This document shows, one piece after another, positions 24,000 to 36,094 of a stretch of 64,000 nucleotides of DNA. Origin of the DNA: Macrostomum lignano. Its lineage: Eukaryota. Below the pieces are notes generated by a model. That model was not told where the DNA came from. It worked only from the letters and a program-made list of their open reading frames with translations, and did not search any database. The stretch is from assembly GCA_002269645.1 (NCBI GenBank), contig NIVC01002322.1:1-64000 (forward strand). The letters are read 5' to 3'. The position numbers and the translations under genes were made by a program. Position 1 is the first letter of the stretch. Each line of letters begins with the position of its first letter.

Positions 24000-25649
24000 C
24001 AGTGCAGATCGGGTGTTGCAGTCGCCAGGAGTTCCTCCTCCTCCTCGGCGCTCACCAGCTTCGGGTCGGGGTCGCCGGTGTCCATGGGCTCTTCTTCAGC
24101 AAAAGGCCCCCGACTGGTCGGAAGGCAATAGGCAGCGTTCACCGCCCTTCGCCCACCGGCCACGGGGTCCTCCGCTTCCGACTGGCCCAATGCCCTGGAG
24201 CAGCCAGCCGCCTGGGCAGGCGGGTCCGTCTCCAGTCGGCCCTGCCCCGAGGGGTTGGGCCCAGCTGGGACGTCCCCACCCTCCCTGGACGAGCTGGTGC
24301 GCCTAGGCGTCCCGGCGACCTCTCTCCTCAGCTGGGTGATTTTAGCGGTGCGGACCGCCTCAGCTGCGCGCTGATACAGGCCGCGCCGCTTGGTGCTGCG
24401 CGCCGGGCGTCGGTCTCCTCCGCCCTCAGCAGCGCGCTCGGCTTTGCCCGCGCGGCCGTGCTGCCGGGCGGGGCTGTTTGCTTTGGCAGCCTGAGCAGAA
24501 GCTCGCGCTTCGACCCCGGCTGCTTCGGCATTCCGCCCGCCCTGCTCACTGCCACGGGTGAGGGTCGGCCTCGTAGAAGCGGATGCGCAACTTCCAAAGG
24601 CCGACGTTGATGAAGCTGCCGTGTGGATAGCGCCTCATCCAGGCGTCCGACAGCCCCAGGATGGCTGTGAAGCCAGTGCCGTCGGTGCGCTCAAGGGTGT
24701 CATGCACCACTAGGCCCGCGGTGGGAAGCTCTCGGTTGACTGCTAGCAGTCCTTTCCGGAGCTCGTCGGCAGAGGTAACGACGCTCCTGGCCGGAACCCA
24801 GATTCAATGCCTCTTGGTCCGGGGGCGTTCGTCCTCTCTGCAGAAGGCTCAATTGAGGTCCCAGCTCTGCTCGGGCAGCAGCTCAAGGAGCCGCCGACCC
24901 GAGTCAGCATCACTAGGCCAAATGAGAAGGCACGAGTCCCTCGTCGCATTCGAATGAATGTGCAGAGGCGTGCCCTTCAGAGTTTGCTTCCACAGGAGGC
25001 CATCAACGGCACCTCTCACCTGCTTCAGCTGGTCGGGAGACAGGCGCGCGTCCTTCCCCAGGATGACAACCGCCGGTTGCCTCTTTGCTGCATCAGCGTA
25101 GGAGGCCCGGGGGTCGGTGGAGCATTCTTCAGGTGGGCTGTCCACCCTCCCGTCTGCATCGGCCTCCCTATCCTGGGCAGGGACTTCAGTGGGCTCAAGG
25201 CCCTCTTCCACCACCGCCCCAGATTGGGAAGCTTCCGCTGCCGCGGGCCGTTGGCCCCTGGCGCCGGTTAGGCTTCCGCCCTCCTTGGCCCGCCTCGCCT
25301 TGTTAAGTCGACGGCGGGCAGCTCCAGAGGTGGTGCTCAGCTGCTTGGCAGCTGGAGTAGCAGGTGTCTTCTCGGAGGCACCGCTCAGAGTTGGCTCCAC
25401 GGGTCTCGCCGGGGCGTCCCCGATGGTAGCAGATGGTATGGCCGCGGAGTCCACGGCCCCAGCCGAGGCCGGAGGCACTGTGTCATCCACAGCCGGTTGG
25501 TCACTTCGGTTAGAAGCCATTGGCTGGAAAAGAAAAAGGTGGGACTTCCTGCAGAACACAGGCAAAGAGCCGCAAGGCCGCAACCCCAAACCAAGCGGCA
25601 GGCCCCCAAAAAGCAAAATACCACCTTGCGGGGGGACCCAAAAGCGCAA
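23999..25649 (-). pseudogene. LINE ORF1 (gag-equivalent; central region resembles DUF4780-type LOA ORF1) with in-frame stops
   Basis: ORF 25649-24849 continues in frame past stops as IWVPARS..ELRKGLLAVNRELPTAG..GLWKLRIRFY. The last segment ends at TGA 24001-23999, overlapping the ORF2 ATG (TGATG). Confidence 0.65.
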
Positions 25650-27401
25650 GGGGAACCGTTAGCGACCAGACTACTCCCTGGCCAAGCGTCCATCAGCACG
25701 GAGTTACACTGGGACATTAGAGGGTGCGTTTATATGGTCACACCAGGACCCGGCGCCAACGAATCAGCTCGGCAAGCCCCAAGAGCCTGCCTTAACACCC
25801 ACGGGACGAGTACCCTTCGAAGTGCGCCTTGCAAGGTGAAAATCAGGAGACAGAGTCTCTTGAGCTATCAGCCCGCCAGGGGAGGCAGGTGTGAGCATCG
25901 CTGGCTGGGATAAGGCCATACCAGTCTCATACTGCACAGATAGTTCACCACGCCATTGCGTGCAGGACCCGGGGTCACGTGGGTCATTTAAAATCAATCG
26001 TAGTCATCACAAGAAATGTGTGAAACGCGACTGCATGGCGAACCTTGTGCGTCTTCGTAAAAGGTCCGGACCACTGTCTGCTAGACGAGCTCTCTAGCTG
26101 TCGAGTAGCATGCTCAAGCAAGCACTAGCTATATACATATGAGGACTTCCCCTGAAAAATATGATCTTGATAATAATTCTTTTTTTCTCGCCCAATTGAT
26201 TTTAGACCGTAAAAATGGTTCCTTTCAGAATTTCCCCAATATTCGAGATCTGTAGATGAGCTATCGATAATACGAGCGTAACGTATACGAGTATAGGACA
26301 TTTTTGTTGTCAATATGTGATCAATAGGGGTGCCTTCACAAGGTCGAAATTTCACGTCGAAAAGCAAGTTATTTCACAACGTCGAAAACTCTAGCAAGAG
26401 ACTTCATAAGGTCGAAATTTGACATCAAAAACTTGAATAGCAGCCACTTAAAGATTCACAATGCGGAAAAAATAGTTTTCCACGTGCAATTTTAACCCTC
26501 TGAAGCCCTTTGCTAAAGTTTTCGATGTTGTGAAACTTCGACCTCTTGAATTCGATCTTGTGATAGCGGCTGCAAATTGAGTTTTTGACCTTTTGAAGGA
26601 AGTTGCTTTTGACGTTGTGAAACTTCGAGTTTATGAAACCCCCATCAATAGGCAGTGTATTGGGATCCCAATGCTTTGTCCCCTCACCCTACCTTGTAAC
26701 CAATTGTTGAAATCAATAGCGTTGCTTTAGGGCGACAAACTAAGTGCTAACAACATCTATTCTCAAAATACATGTAGGGATTAAGTCATGTACTCGTACA
26801 TGTAGAATTCTTGGCTGTGTCCGCCCCCCCCCCCTACCATAATCCAAGGCGACGCTCCTGTAAAAGGGTTTTTAACTACAAGTAACTGTAATTTCATCTG
26901 AAGCAAAGTACTCGTATACAATACGAGTATACTGTATATGGTGCACTTTTTCCGAGGCTTATTCACGGGCTTTTTACGTTCGTCTCGAAGAAACTTCAAG
27001 CTCAGTTATAATTCATAATTGCCTCTTTCGGGTCTGCATACTTTCATACATTAGCTCATAAGCAGCTGTTTTTTATCACTTTTTTTGAGTAAAGAAAAAG
27101 AAAAAGCGTCTAAGAGCATTAGCTTTTAAAATCATATCTGGTCTTTCTCTGTTTATTCGAGACTGTTAGCTGCTGCCTACATGAACAGAAAGTGGAAAAT
27201 TATTTATTTCGCCTAGAGTCTGGCCAATTTAATCCCTAAAATGTTTAAGAAGCACAGTATACCCGGTATCATTGAATCACTGTGGATTTTTTAATGTTCC
27301 TGAGGTAATGATTGAACTAAAAATAGCAAATAATGGGAGCCGAGTCCTTGTATCGTTTAGGTAGTGGACTGCCAATCAGCGAGGCCTAACTCTCGCCAAT
27401 T

Positions 27402-27818
27402 TCACTTCGTCGGCTTCTTCTCGGCCATCTTCATGCGTTTGGCTGATGACTTCTTGGCTGTTCGGCTGCGCTTCCTGCCAGTGGCCTTGGAAGCAGAGCG
27501 TTTCCTGCCGGTGCTCCTAGAAGCGGAGCGTTTCCTGCCGGTTCCCCTGGAAGCAGAGCGTTTCCTGCCGCCGGTGCTCCTGGAAGCAGAGCGTTTCCTG
27601 CCGGTGCCCCTAGAAGCAGAGCGTTTCCTGCCGGTGCTCCTGGAGGCGGAGCGTTTCCTGCCGGTGGTCCTGGAAGCAGAGCGTTTCTTGCCGGTGCTCC
27701 TGGAAGCGGAGCGTTTCCTCTTGGCTGGACGGGCCCGCTGGAGCTGAGCTGGAGCATCCGTTGTCATCTTCTCCGACTGGCTCGATGAGGCGGCAGGTGA
27801 CTGTGAACGCGACCGCAT
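27402..27818 (-). CDS. Protamine-like / sperm nuclear basic protein candidate, copy 2
   Basis: Translation identical to 12637-13053. Confidence 0.7.
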   Translation of the reverse strand: MRSRSQSPAASSSQSEKMTTDAPAQLQRARPAKRKRSASRSTGKKRSASRTTGRKRSASRSTGRKRSASRGTGRKRSASRSTGGRKRSASRGTGRKRSASRSTGRKRSASKATGRKRSRTAKKSSAKRMKMAEKKPTK

Positions 27819-28962
27819 GCTGGCAATTAAAGGCTTCAGCTGTTTAAATTTGCTTGATTTATTTGCTCTTAAGCGAGTTAAGCGCGCTAGGACTTTAAAT
27901 TGGCTATTCAAGCTCTTTTGAAAGACCTGTTCCGAACTGGGAGGAGTGAAATTAAATTTATAGTCTATGTCCACGAAATAGACTATGATGAAGCTTATTT
28001 TTGTTTAGAAAATTGAATCTATAGTCTTTAATTTTTAGTATACGAGTCGTATTGGATCTGAATCCTGAATCGTAAGTTGGGAGAATGGAGAATTCAGTAA
28101 TTAGCTAGTAATTCGTATTTTAATTTAAGGTGCCTTTTTGTTCCAGTAGCTTTCAACTGAACCTTCTTCAACAACTTCACTCTTGAACAAATCGAGACGC
28201 GCTTGCTGCATATACTACTTACTGATACTTTTTAGCAACAGAATTTTTCTCTTTGACTTCCTCTTCCAAGTAGCTATTGATATTTTCCTTGAATTTTTTC
28301 GTTTTTTACCATTATTCTCTCTGGTCCTACAAAGGGAAAAGCGGACCGTCTTTCGTTCCCTGATAGTTCCTACGTATCGTCGCTGCCTTGCACCGTCCTG
28401 ACGTTACGGTTGGTAATTTTGTTCGGAGTTCGGGTTGGTCAGTGAAGTTCCTCAAGGATGTTCATTATAATTGTATCTATCCTGGTAATTACGAGGTTCT
28501 TCCCAAAAGTCATTTGTGCTGGCTTGTAACTTTTTTTACACTGAAACCTCGCACAAACCTGACTGTCTCAAAATTCAGCCATGTGATTGTCCAACAGTGA
28601 ATGGTGTCCTGTGTAAATATTCTGCTTTCAATTGCAACTTTTTCTACTATTTTCTATTTCGAAAGAAAGACAAAAGTGCGGATTTCACCTGTTTCAAAGT
28701 CAACAGCCAACCAACAATGGTTATAGCCTGTGCAATCTGACAGTTGCCATGTAAAGTTGAAAGATTCGCATTCATTCGAGAAGACTGGATAGCTCTGGGA
28801 TTGGAATCTAGTTGGAACCGGACCTGCCGGAGAAAGAAAGGTCCAGTTGTCTGGATGAACTCTGGATAGCTCTGGGATTGGAATCTAGTTGGAACCGGAC
28901 CTGCCGGAGAAAGAAAGGTCCAGTTGTCTGGATGAACTCTGGATACATGTAGCTCTGGGATT

Positions 28963-29970
28963 GCTGTGGTGACGCCTGTCTGACCTGTTCGACACTTCAT
29001 CAGGAGTTCTGCAGGGCGACACGCTGGCGCCGTTGCTCTTCGTGCTGCTGCTGGACTGGGTGCTTCAGACCGCACTCCCCTCGGCTGGCGATGGCTTCCT
29101 GCTGCGCAGACGCATCGGTCGCCGCCACGGCGAAAAGCGCCTGAGCGTGTTTGGCTACGCCGACGACCTCGCCCTCCTGTCCTTGTTGAAGGCGCCTAGC
29201 TGGTCGAGGTGGCATCGAGCGTTGGTCTGGTTGTCAACACTCTGAAGACTGAGGTGCTGACAGTGCCGGTCGACATCCCAGCGGACCTGACGTGCCGCGG
29301 CGCAGACGGGCAGACAACCAAGCTAGCACGCTGCCAGCGGTTCATCTACCTCGGCGGTCTGGTGCCTCACGTGGAGGAAAACCTTCGGCGGCGCCGAGGA
29401 CTTGCCTGGGCGGCCTTCTTCCGGGCCGTCGTCCAGTCCGAAACGCTGCTCGACCGCCAGAGGGCTCGGCTGTGGTGGCGGTGGTCGAAACCGTCCTGCT
29501 CTACAACGCTAAGACGTGGACGCTGACGGCTACACTGGAGCGGCAGCTGGACTCGGCGCACTCAGGACTGCTCCGTGCGGCCTTTCGAGCTGACAAGAGC
29601 GTCGGGACAGAGGCCCTGTACGATCGGGCCAAGCTGCAGCGCCCGTCCATCATCCTGCGCCGGTGCCAACGTCAACTGGTGGGCCACCGCATGATCCGGG
29701 CAGAGCTACTGCCCCCAACCTGTTCAGGACGTCCTGCTGCTCACCCTGCAGGGCCCGCTCAGGCGGGGTCAGGCCCAAACCCGTCGATACGTGGACTGCC
29801 TCCTACGCGACGCCGGGGCGCCCGACACTGCCAACGGGGCGGACTTCGTCCGCTCTCAGGCTCTGCGGCGCGCCATCTGACGCACCCTGCTCTGCGACTT
29901 TGCTTGCGGGGCTGCGTAATTTGTTGTTGTTGTTGTTGTTTTTGTTGTTGTTGTTGTTGTTGTTGTTGCT
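28963..29970 (+). mobile_element. RTE-like fragment, duplicated copy in right arm
   Basis: GVLQGDTLAP and YADD motifs and (ttg)n tail. Mirror of 10483-11492. Confidence 0.88.
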
Positions 29971-30309
29971 GTTAATACGGATACTAGCTATCAAACTTCT
30001 TTGGATGCTACGGTACGGGGTATGTCATGCACTGATGCTCAAGCTACGATGTTATTTTTTTTAAACCGAGTAGTTAGATAGTTTCAACCTTCAGTAATCT
30101 GATAAAGAAAAAAATTACAATTTAAATTAACTCAAAATAAACGAAATTATCGCAAATCGTTTTTATTTGTTCAAATCAATTTCATATGCTCAATGAGTCG
30201 ACAACAAAAAGACAAAGCAACCTTATGACTGAGAAAGTTATTGGTGCGGTGTCGATGGGATTCCAGCTTATCGGTTGTTTTTATTCTACTTAGCTTTTGC
30301 CTGCTTTTG

Positions 30310-31464
30310 TTATTTTTCGCGTTGTTTCCTTTCCTCTTTCACCCGCTTTATTTCGTTTTCGCGTCGTTTTTTTTCCTCTTTCGCCTGCTTCTTCGCGAGC
30401 TTTTTCGCTTCCTTTTTAGCCATCTTCTCTTGCTTTTTCTTTAACTTCTCATTCTTCTTGGCTAGCTTCTTTTCTAACTTAGCTTGCTTTTCGGCCTCCT
30501 TTTTTCGTTTCTTCTCTTCTTTTCTACTCTGTTTTACTTCCTCTGTGCGCAGTATTCTCGTTTCGTTTGATTCCAGCTTCAGGTCAGTTCCATCATCATT
30601 TTTAGTATGTTGGATGTACTCGTACTTTTTATGAGGAGGAGTTGGAGGAGTATCATCTTCATTACTATCTACAATTTCATCTTCTTCTTCTTCTTCTCCG
30701 TTTATCGCCTTGCGGCGTGGAGTGAACAGCGTCAGGCTTCACCGGAAGTGCGTTTGTGTCGCGCCATGTTTGTCGCCGATAACGTTCTTCCGCACCTGTC
30801 GCATTCTGCTGTCTTCCCTCGGTATTTTCTTGCTCAATTCTCTTGTTCTCCTCCATCTCCGGTGGACTGTGGTGTTGTTCAATTTCATCTTCTTCTTCTT
30901 CATCATCTTCGTCATCATCGTCAGCGGGCTGAATGATAGTTCTGGTATTCTCAGTTTCAGCCTGGTCCTTATCCTCAGTCTTCTTGGCTGCTTGCTCTAG
31001 CTCTTCAGTCTTCTTGTTGACTTCTTTGTCTTGATCCTCAGTCTCGGATTCTTTGTCTTCCTCGTCTTGATCCTCAATCTCGGATTCTTTGTCTTCCTCG
31101 TCTTGATCCTCAATCTCGGATTTTTTGTCTTTCTCGTCTTGATCCTCAGTCTCGTTGGCTTATTTGTCGTCTTTGTCTTGATCCTCAGTCTTGTTGGTTT
31201 CTTTGTCGTCTTTGTCTTGATCCTCAGTCTCGTTGGCTTCTTTGTCGTCTTTGTCTTGATCCTCGGTCTCGTTGGCTTCTTTGTCGTCTTTGTCTTGATC
31301 CTCGGTCTCGTTGGCTTCTTTGTCGTCTTTGTCTTGATCCTCGGTCTCGTTGGCTTCTTTGTCGTCTTTGTCTTGATCCTCGGTCTCGTTGGCTTCTTTG
31401 TCGTCTTTGTCTTGATCCTTAGACTCGGCTTCTTTGTCATCTTTGTCTTGGTCCTCAGTCTTCT
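30310..31464 (-). pseudogene. 5'-truncated copy of the acidic/Lys-rich gene carrying a frame-disrupting ~210-bp insert
   Basis: Homology to the left copy starts at 31464 with no ATG in frame. The insert is flanked by duplicated caatttcatcttcttcttcttc and leads to TGA. Confidence 0.65.
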
Positions 31465-32635
31465 GAGGATTCGAGAGTCGATCTCGAATTCATCCAACGG
31501 CATGTTCTTGTTTTTTAAAAAAGTTTTAATAACAACTTGTCTTAGCGAATTAAAAAGTTACAAGAAAGTATCTAATTAAAAATGCAATTATATTTTGTAA
31601 AAAAAATAATTTTACGACGTAAATAATACAGAAACTTTTAGCGTGTTAAAAAACTTGTTTTTTACAGTAGTAGGCTGCCGGCCTATCATTCAAAAATGTT
31701 ATCCTTACAATTCCATTTTCTATGCGGGAATTTGACCGTTAAAAAACCGTAAAAATTCCAGACTCTCCTTCAATTACCTTACTTATGCAAAAACTTGTCT
31801 TTTATTTCCTTACTTAAATACTTTCTGCTTTGTTTATCGTTAAAGATCGTTTGAAGTTTCGTAGAAAAAATATTGACGCTCTTTCAAATACTATATTATT
31901 GCGAAATTAGGCCGCTCATATCTCCTTTATCTATTGAATTGTTATTAATATTAAATACACTGACATATACTGGACAAACAGGCTTCTTGCCTGAGCCAAA
32001 CTTACTTGCTACTTTAAAAAAACTTAGTGACCGTTGCGCGGGTGGTCTAGCTCGACTACCTCGACCGTGCGTTTCATAACGCAGTCAAATTCGTCGTGCA
32101 GCATATTCAGCAGGGTGCTATTTCCAACTTTCTCAAAGCAGCATTGCGGTTGCCAAGCACGAAATTTTTCGAAACGCAATACAGTGCAAATATATATTTA
32201 AAGTACGATCATAAACAGTTAAACCAATTAAAGACAATTCGAGAAATCTGTTTGCGACTAAACTAATTCATTCATGCAATATTGCAATAGATACAGCTGC
32301 ATGATACAGTGATACTTTCAATTAATGTGTGTCATACCATTCAATTAAATTTAGAGAAAATAAACAAAATATCAGGCCTGCCTACCATTGCTACAGTACA
32401 GGTGTCTTGAAGTTAAAGTGTTCACTTTTGTCATTTGTGTAGGGCCTAGCCCTAGTCTATAAAAATTAGTAAGTTCAAAATCAAACTTGAATTAAAGTAA
32501 AGTTAAAGGCAAAGTTTACTTAAGTCAAACTTAATTCAAAGCCAAACTTTAATTTGAACAATATTATAATGTATTATTATTAAAAATGTTTTTGAATATT
32601 GATTGTGGATTTTTTATAGGCATGTTATTCCATAT

Positions 32636-33215
32636 CCATAGTCCGGATCATGGTCTATACACCAAATTAATTTGGCGTACAGTCACCCCTTGCTAACCCT
32701 ATTGGCGTACATTGACGTACAACCAAAAAATTGGGCTCTACCTATTGGCATGAGTGGCGTACACGCTGTTGCTATTGCAACTTGCAATGTAATGTATATA
32801 AACATCATTTTTTAGGGCCTAGGAATTTGCACGATAATTTAAAAAATGGAATTTATGTTAGAAATACATTCACTTTATCAAAATATATTCCCATCTATTG
32901 TTCTATTGAATAATTTTAATATTCTAATAAAACCTGCTGCTAGAGGCATAATATATATTTTACTTGCTTGCAGTATAACAGGGATATATATAACATAGGT
33001 GTAACTGTATTTAAATTGCGATATGCTCCATTTTTCGTTAACTTATTTTTCGTTTTGTTAATTTTTCATTGAATAGTTTTGAAGTAGGAAATTTGTACCT
33101 GTAAAAGTGGCGTACAGTTAGGGAAGGCAGAAAAAATTTGGCATACATTGGCATACAAACTGTGGATCCATCAAGTTTTAGTTTGGCGTACACCCTGCCA
33201 TGATCCGGACTATGG
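32636..33215. mobile_element. MITE with 18-bp TIR ccatagtccggatcatgg and 8-bp TSD (ttccatat/ttctatat)
   Basis: TIRs at 32636-32653 and 33198-33215. TSD matches 7/8. Repeated tggcgtac internal motifs. Confidence 0.8.
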
Positions 33216-33565
33216 TTCTATATACCATAATACTTCTAATAGGGCCTACTAAAGGCCTATTGGTTTTATGCTTTTTTGTAAGTCTAGGTCTAGTTTTTGA
33301 TATTTTATATATATTTATGATATAATTAAAATTATAATACCATATATTTATATAATATTTTATAATTATATTATCATATATTATATACATAGAATATAAC
33401 AATGTTACAACTTAAGACTTAGGTTAGATAGTATAGTGCTATATGAGAATTCTTTTGTTTTATAATCCCCATTCTTAGGCACTTTTGTTATATGATCCCT
33501 ATATAAAAGATGCAGTCCTTTATTATATCAAAGTTTCTTTTATTATGATTTTAATCCTATTAGGC

Positions 33566-34261
33566 CCATAGTGTAGATCATGTAGTGCACGCAAGAATTT
33601 TCCCGCGTGCATTTTCAAAAGTGGCGTGCACCGGCGTGCGATTAGGTAAGTGGCGTGCATTTGGCATGCATAATGCACACTACATAAATACACTGGCGTG
33701 CCTGGCGTGCGCCGCGTGCCGCATGCCTGGCACCTGATGTGGCAAAGCTGCCAATGCAATGGTAAGCAGACATAAAATATGTATTATTGTATTTAACTTT
33801 TGAAAAAAACTATTGTAAATAAACAGTGTATAAGACTGTTAAATAAACTAATGTATAAGAAATACACGTTTTTAAAGATATATCATTTCTTTTGTACATC
33901 GTTTGTTGCTTTGTTTTACACAATGCAATTCAAAATACGTTTTTTGTCTTTAATTTGAATTTGAATTTATCATTAATTGTATTGAATCTATTGATTAATC
34001 ATGAATCATATTCATAATTGATTAAATTGATTAACTGATTTCTATTATTACAGTTTTAGTAGTGGTTATGGTTATTTGATATGGTTGGTTATGGTTAGGG
34101 TATTTTAAGTTTTGTTATTTGTTGTTACCTGTGGTTAGTAGTCCTTGTCCTAGTAGGCGTGCATTGGCATGCATCGGCATGTATTCACTTGTCGTCGGCG
34201 TGCTTTTGGGAATTAGCTTTGGGTCGTTTCTCGCATGCACTTAGCATGATCCACACTATGG
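33566..34261. mobile_element. MITE of the same family, TIR ccatagtgt(a/g)gatcatg, perfect 8-bp TSD tattaggc
   Basis: TIRs at 33566-33582 and 34245-34261. TSD at 33558-33565 and 34262-34269. Contains tggcgtgc motifs. Confidence 0.88.
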
Positions 34262-35500
34262 TATTAGGCCCTATTGATACTACAGTTTAAAGGGCTAATA
34301 CCTTAGTTTTATCTTTTAAAGAGATCTTATTGCTAATACTAAACTATAGAATATGGGATTTTGTGACCCTTAGAGCTATTGTTATTTTTATTACTTTTAT
34401 ATTTTTCATATATAACTTATAATATATATAGTATAATCATGTTTTATTAGTAGTTATATGAATATATATTTTTAAGTAGCATATGTATTGGCCTAAGTAG
34501 TTTTATAGTACTATATGCTATTCATATATTTTAGATTTTAGATTTTAGATTTCTCTTAGTCTGAATGTTTCTTAGATCAAAGGATTATCGCTCTGCTCTC
34601 AGTAGGTTTTTATTGTAGCATGCTTACTTTCAATAGGTTTTAATTCTTCCAATTTTTGGGAGTCTAGTCTTATAGAAATGAGTAGATTTGTTTGATAGCT
34701 ACTACCTAAATTTGATTAGCTTGTAAACCACATATTGATTTTTCTAGTCCCTTTTGGCTTTTTATTTATACTAATATTCATAGAACATTTATAAAAAGTT
34801 TATATAGAATATTTTCTTAAATCATTATAGTTCAACAAAAGTTATGTGGAAATTCAAATACAATATTTTCTAAGAAGCTAAGCTGGCGGAGCTTTAAGTT
34901 CCTCTATAAAATTGTTTAATAGATCTATTAAGAAACTTATCTAAATTGTGTCTATTGGTGCTATTTTTATTTTTTAGTTTAAAGTTCATTTTCTCTTGCC
35001 TAAACAACTTTAAGAACAATAAAAAATTTCATGATCTTTTTGAAATATTCAATTATTGCTTAACAAAGGCCTAAAGTCAACTTTTATGCTTAATATACTT
35101 ATAATATAGTGTTATATATTTATATATTATCTTGCTTGCAACTTAGTTTGCTTTGATCATATTTTTACCTTGCTTTTTAATATAGGCAATCATCTAGTAA
35201 CCAAGTTATATTTAGCATACATGCTTGAACTCAACCTTGAACTCAACCTGGCAACACACATGTAAGTCACTATTGGATAGAACAGTAATCACGTGACTGC
35301 TTTTAGCCAATAGCAACTTACATGTGTGGCAATAGAAACAGATAGGTGATTCCCAAGGTTGCGCATATATGTTAGCATGTTAGACATGTTCTTTTGCTAG
35401 AATTTTTGAATCTATAATTATCTTATGCAGAATGTCTTAAATAAATACAAATACAATTGTTATTTTGATCATAATATTTTTATATTCTTTGTTTACTTCA

Positions 35501-35600
35501 GTTGTAGTCTAGTGTTTAGAGCTCTAGACTCATGAATTGAAGGTCAGGGGTTTAATTCCCAATCCCATTGGAACAATTTGTGTCCTTAATTAAGACATCA
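35501..35600 (+). mobile_element. Degenerate tRNA-derived SINE head
   Basis: A-box-like gtagtctagtgtttaga and B-box-like ggtttaattccc with tRNA spacing, then ttgtgtcctt..aagaca, which is typical of SINE bodies. Confidence 0.5.
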
Positions 35601-36094
35601 AGAGGGTACGTGTGGCAACCCACATGTGGCATTATTAAATCATTTTAATTTAAGGCATTTTTTGTTAAATGTTAATTTATACCAGATAGCTCAGGCTTGC
35701 CTAACATTTTTATCTCAAATGCCAGATAAGAGAGGGAATAGAGGTGAGAGAAGAAGAGGAAAGTGAGATGTGAGGAGAGAGGAGAGATGAGATGAGATAT
35801 GTAAGAAGAGAAGAGAGAATAGAGTAGAGCGTTGAGCAGGTCAAAATGCTATTGGGAAATTTCAAAGGACCCAAGGACTGAATAGAGAAGCCTTGAAAGC
35901 TGAAGTTTGCCAACTTGGAGTTTAAAGCTCAATTTTTAAGGAAACGTTTGCTGTCACACTGCTCCAGCCCGCCAGGCTCTGTAATACAAGCTAGCAACTG
36001 AATAGAGGCTTCAACAACAGCAGCAATTGACCCAACAACCGGTGGCTCAAATCCAACGGCGGCAGCGCCAGCAGATTCTCCCAAACCAGTAGAA

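Larger units (their letters stand above)
20197..25972 (-). mobile_element. Full-length, decayed LOA-like non-LTR retrotransposon (ORF1 + APE-RT-RNase H-CCHC ORF2)
   Basis: 13-bp TSD ggtcacgtgggtc at 20184-20196 and 25973-25985. Contains APE, RT (YADD), RNase H and a zinc knuckle. Short (taagtcaag) 3' tail. Confidence 0.93.
26092..31464 (-). repeat. Right arm of large inverted duplication
   Basis: Reverse complement of 9275-14355, with an extra ~210 bp at ~30685-30895 and different repeat-unit counts in the acidic gene. Confidence 0.97.

Noticed and set aside
20561-25913. Numerous plus-strand ORFs across the LINE
   Set aside because: Antisense shadows of GC-rich ORF1/ORF2 with no motifs.
9275-31464. 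Whole structure as one giant DNA transposon with 5-kb TIRs
   Set aside because: No TSD at the outer ends, the outer left boundary lies inside an intact ORF, and there is no transposase in the spacer.
35501-35565. Functional tRNA gene
   Set aside because: The B-box is mutated (ggtttaattccc) and the acceptor stem is not formed. It fits a decayed SINE head better.
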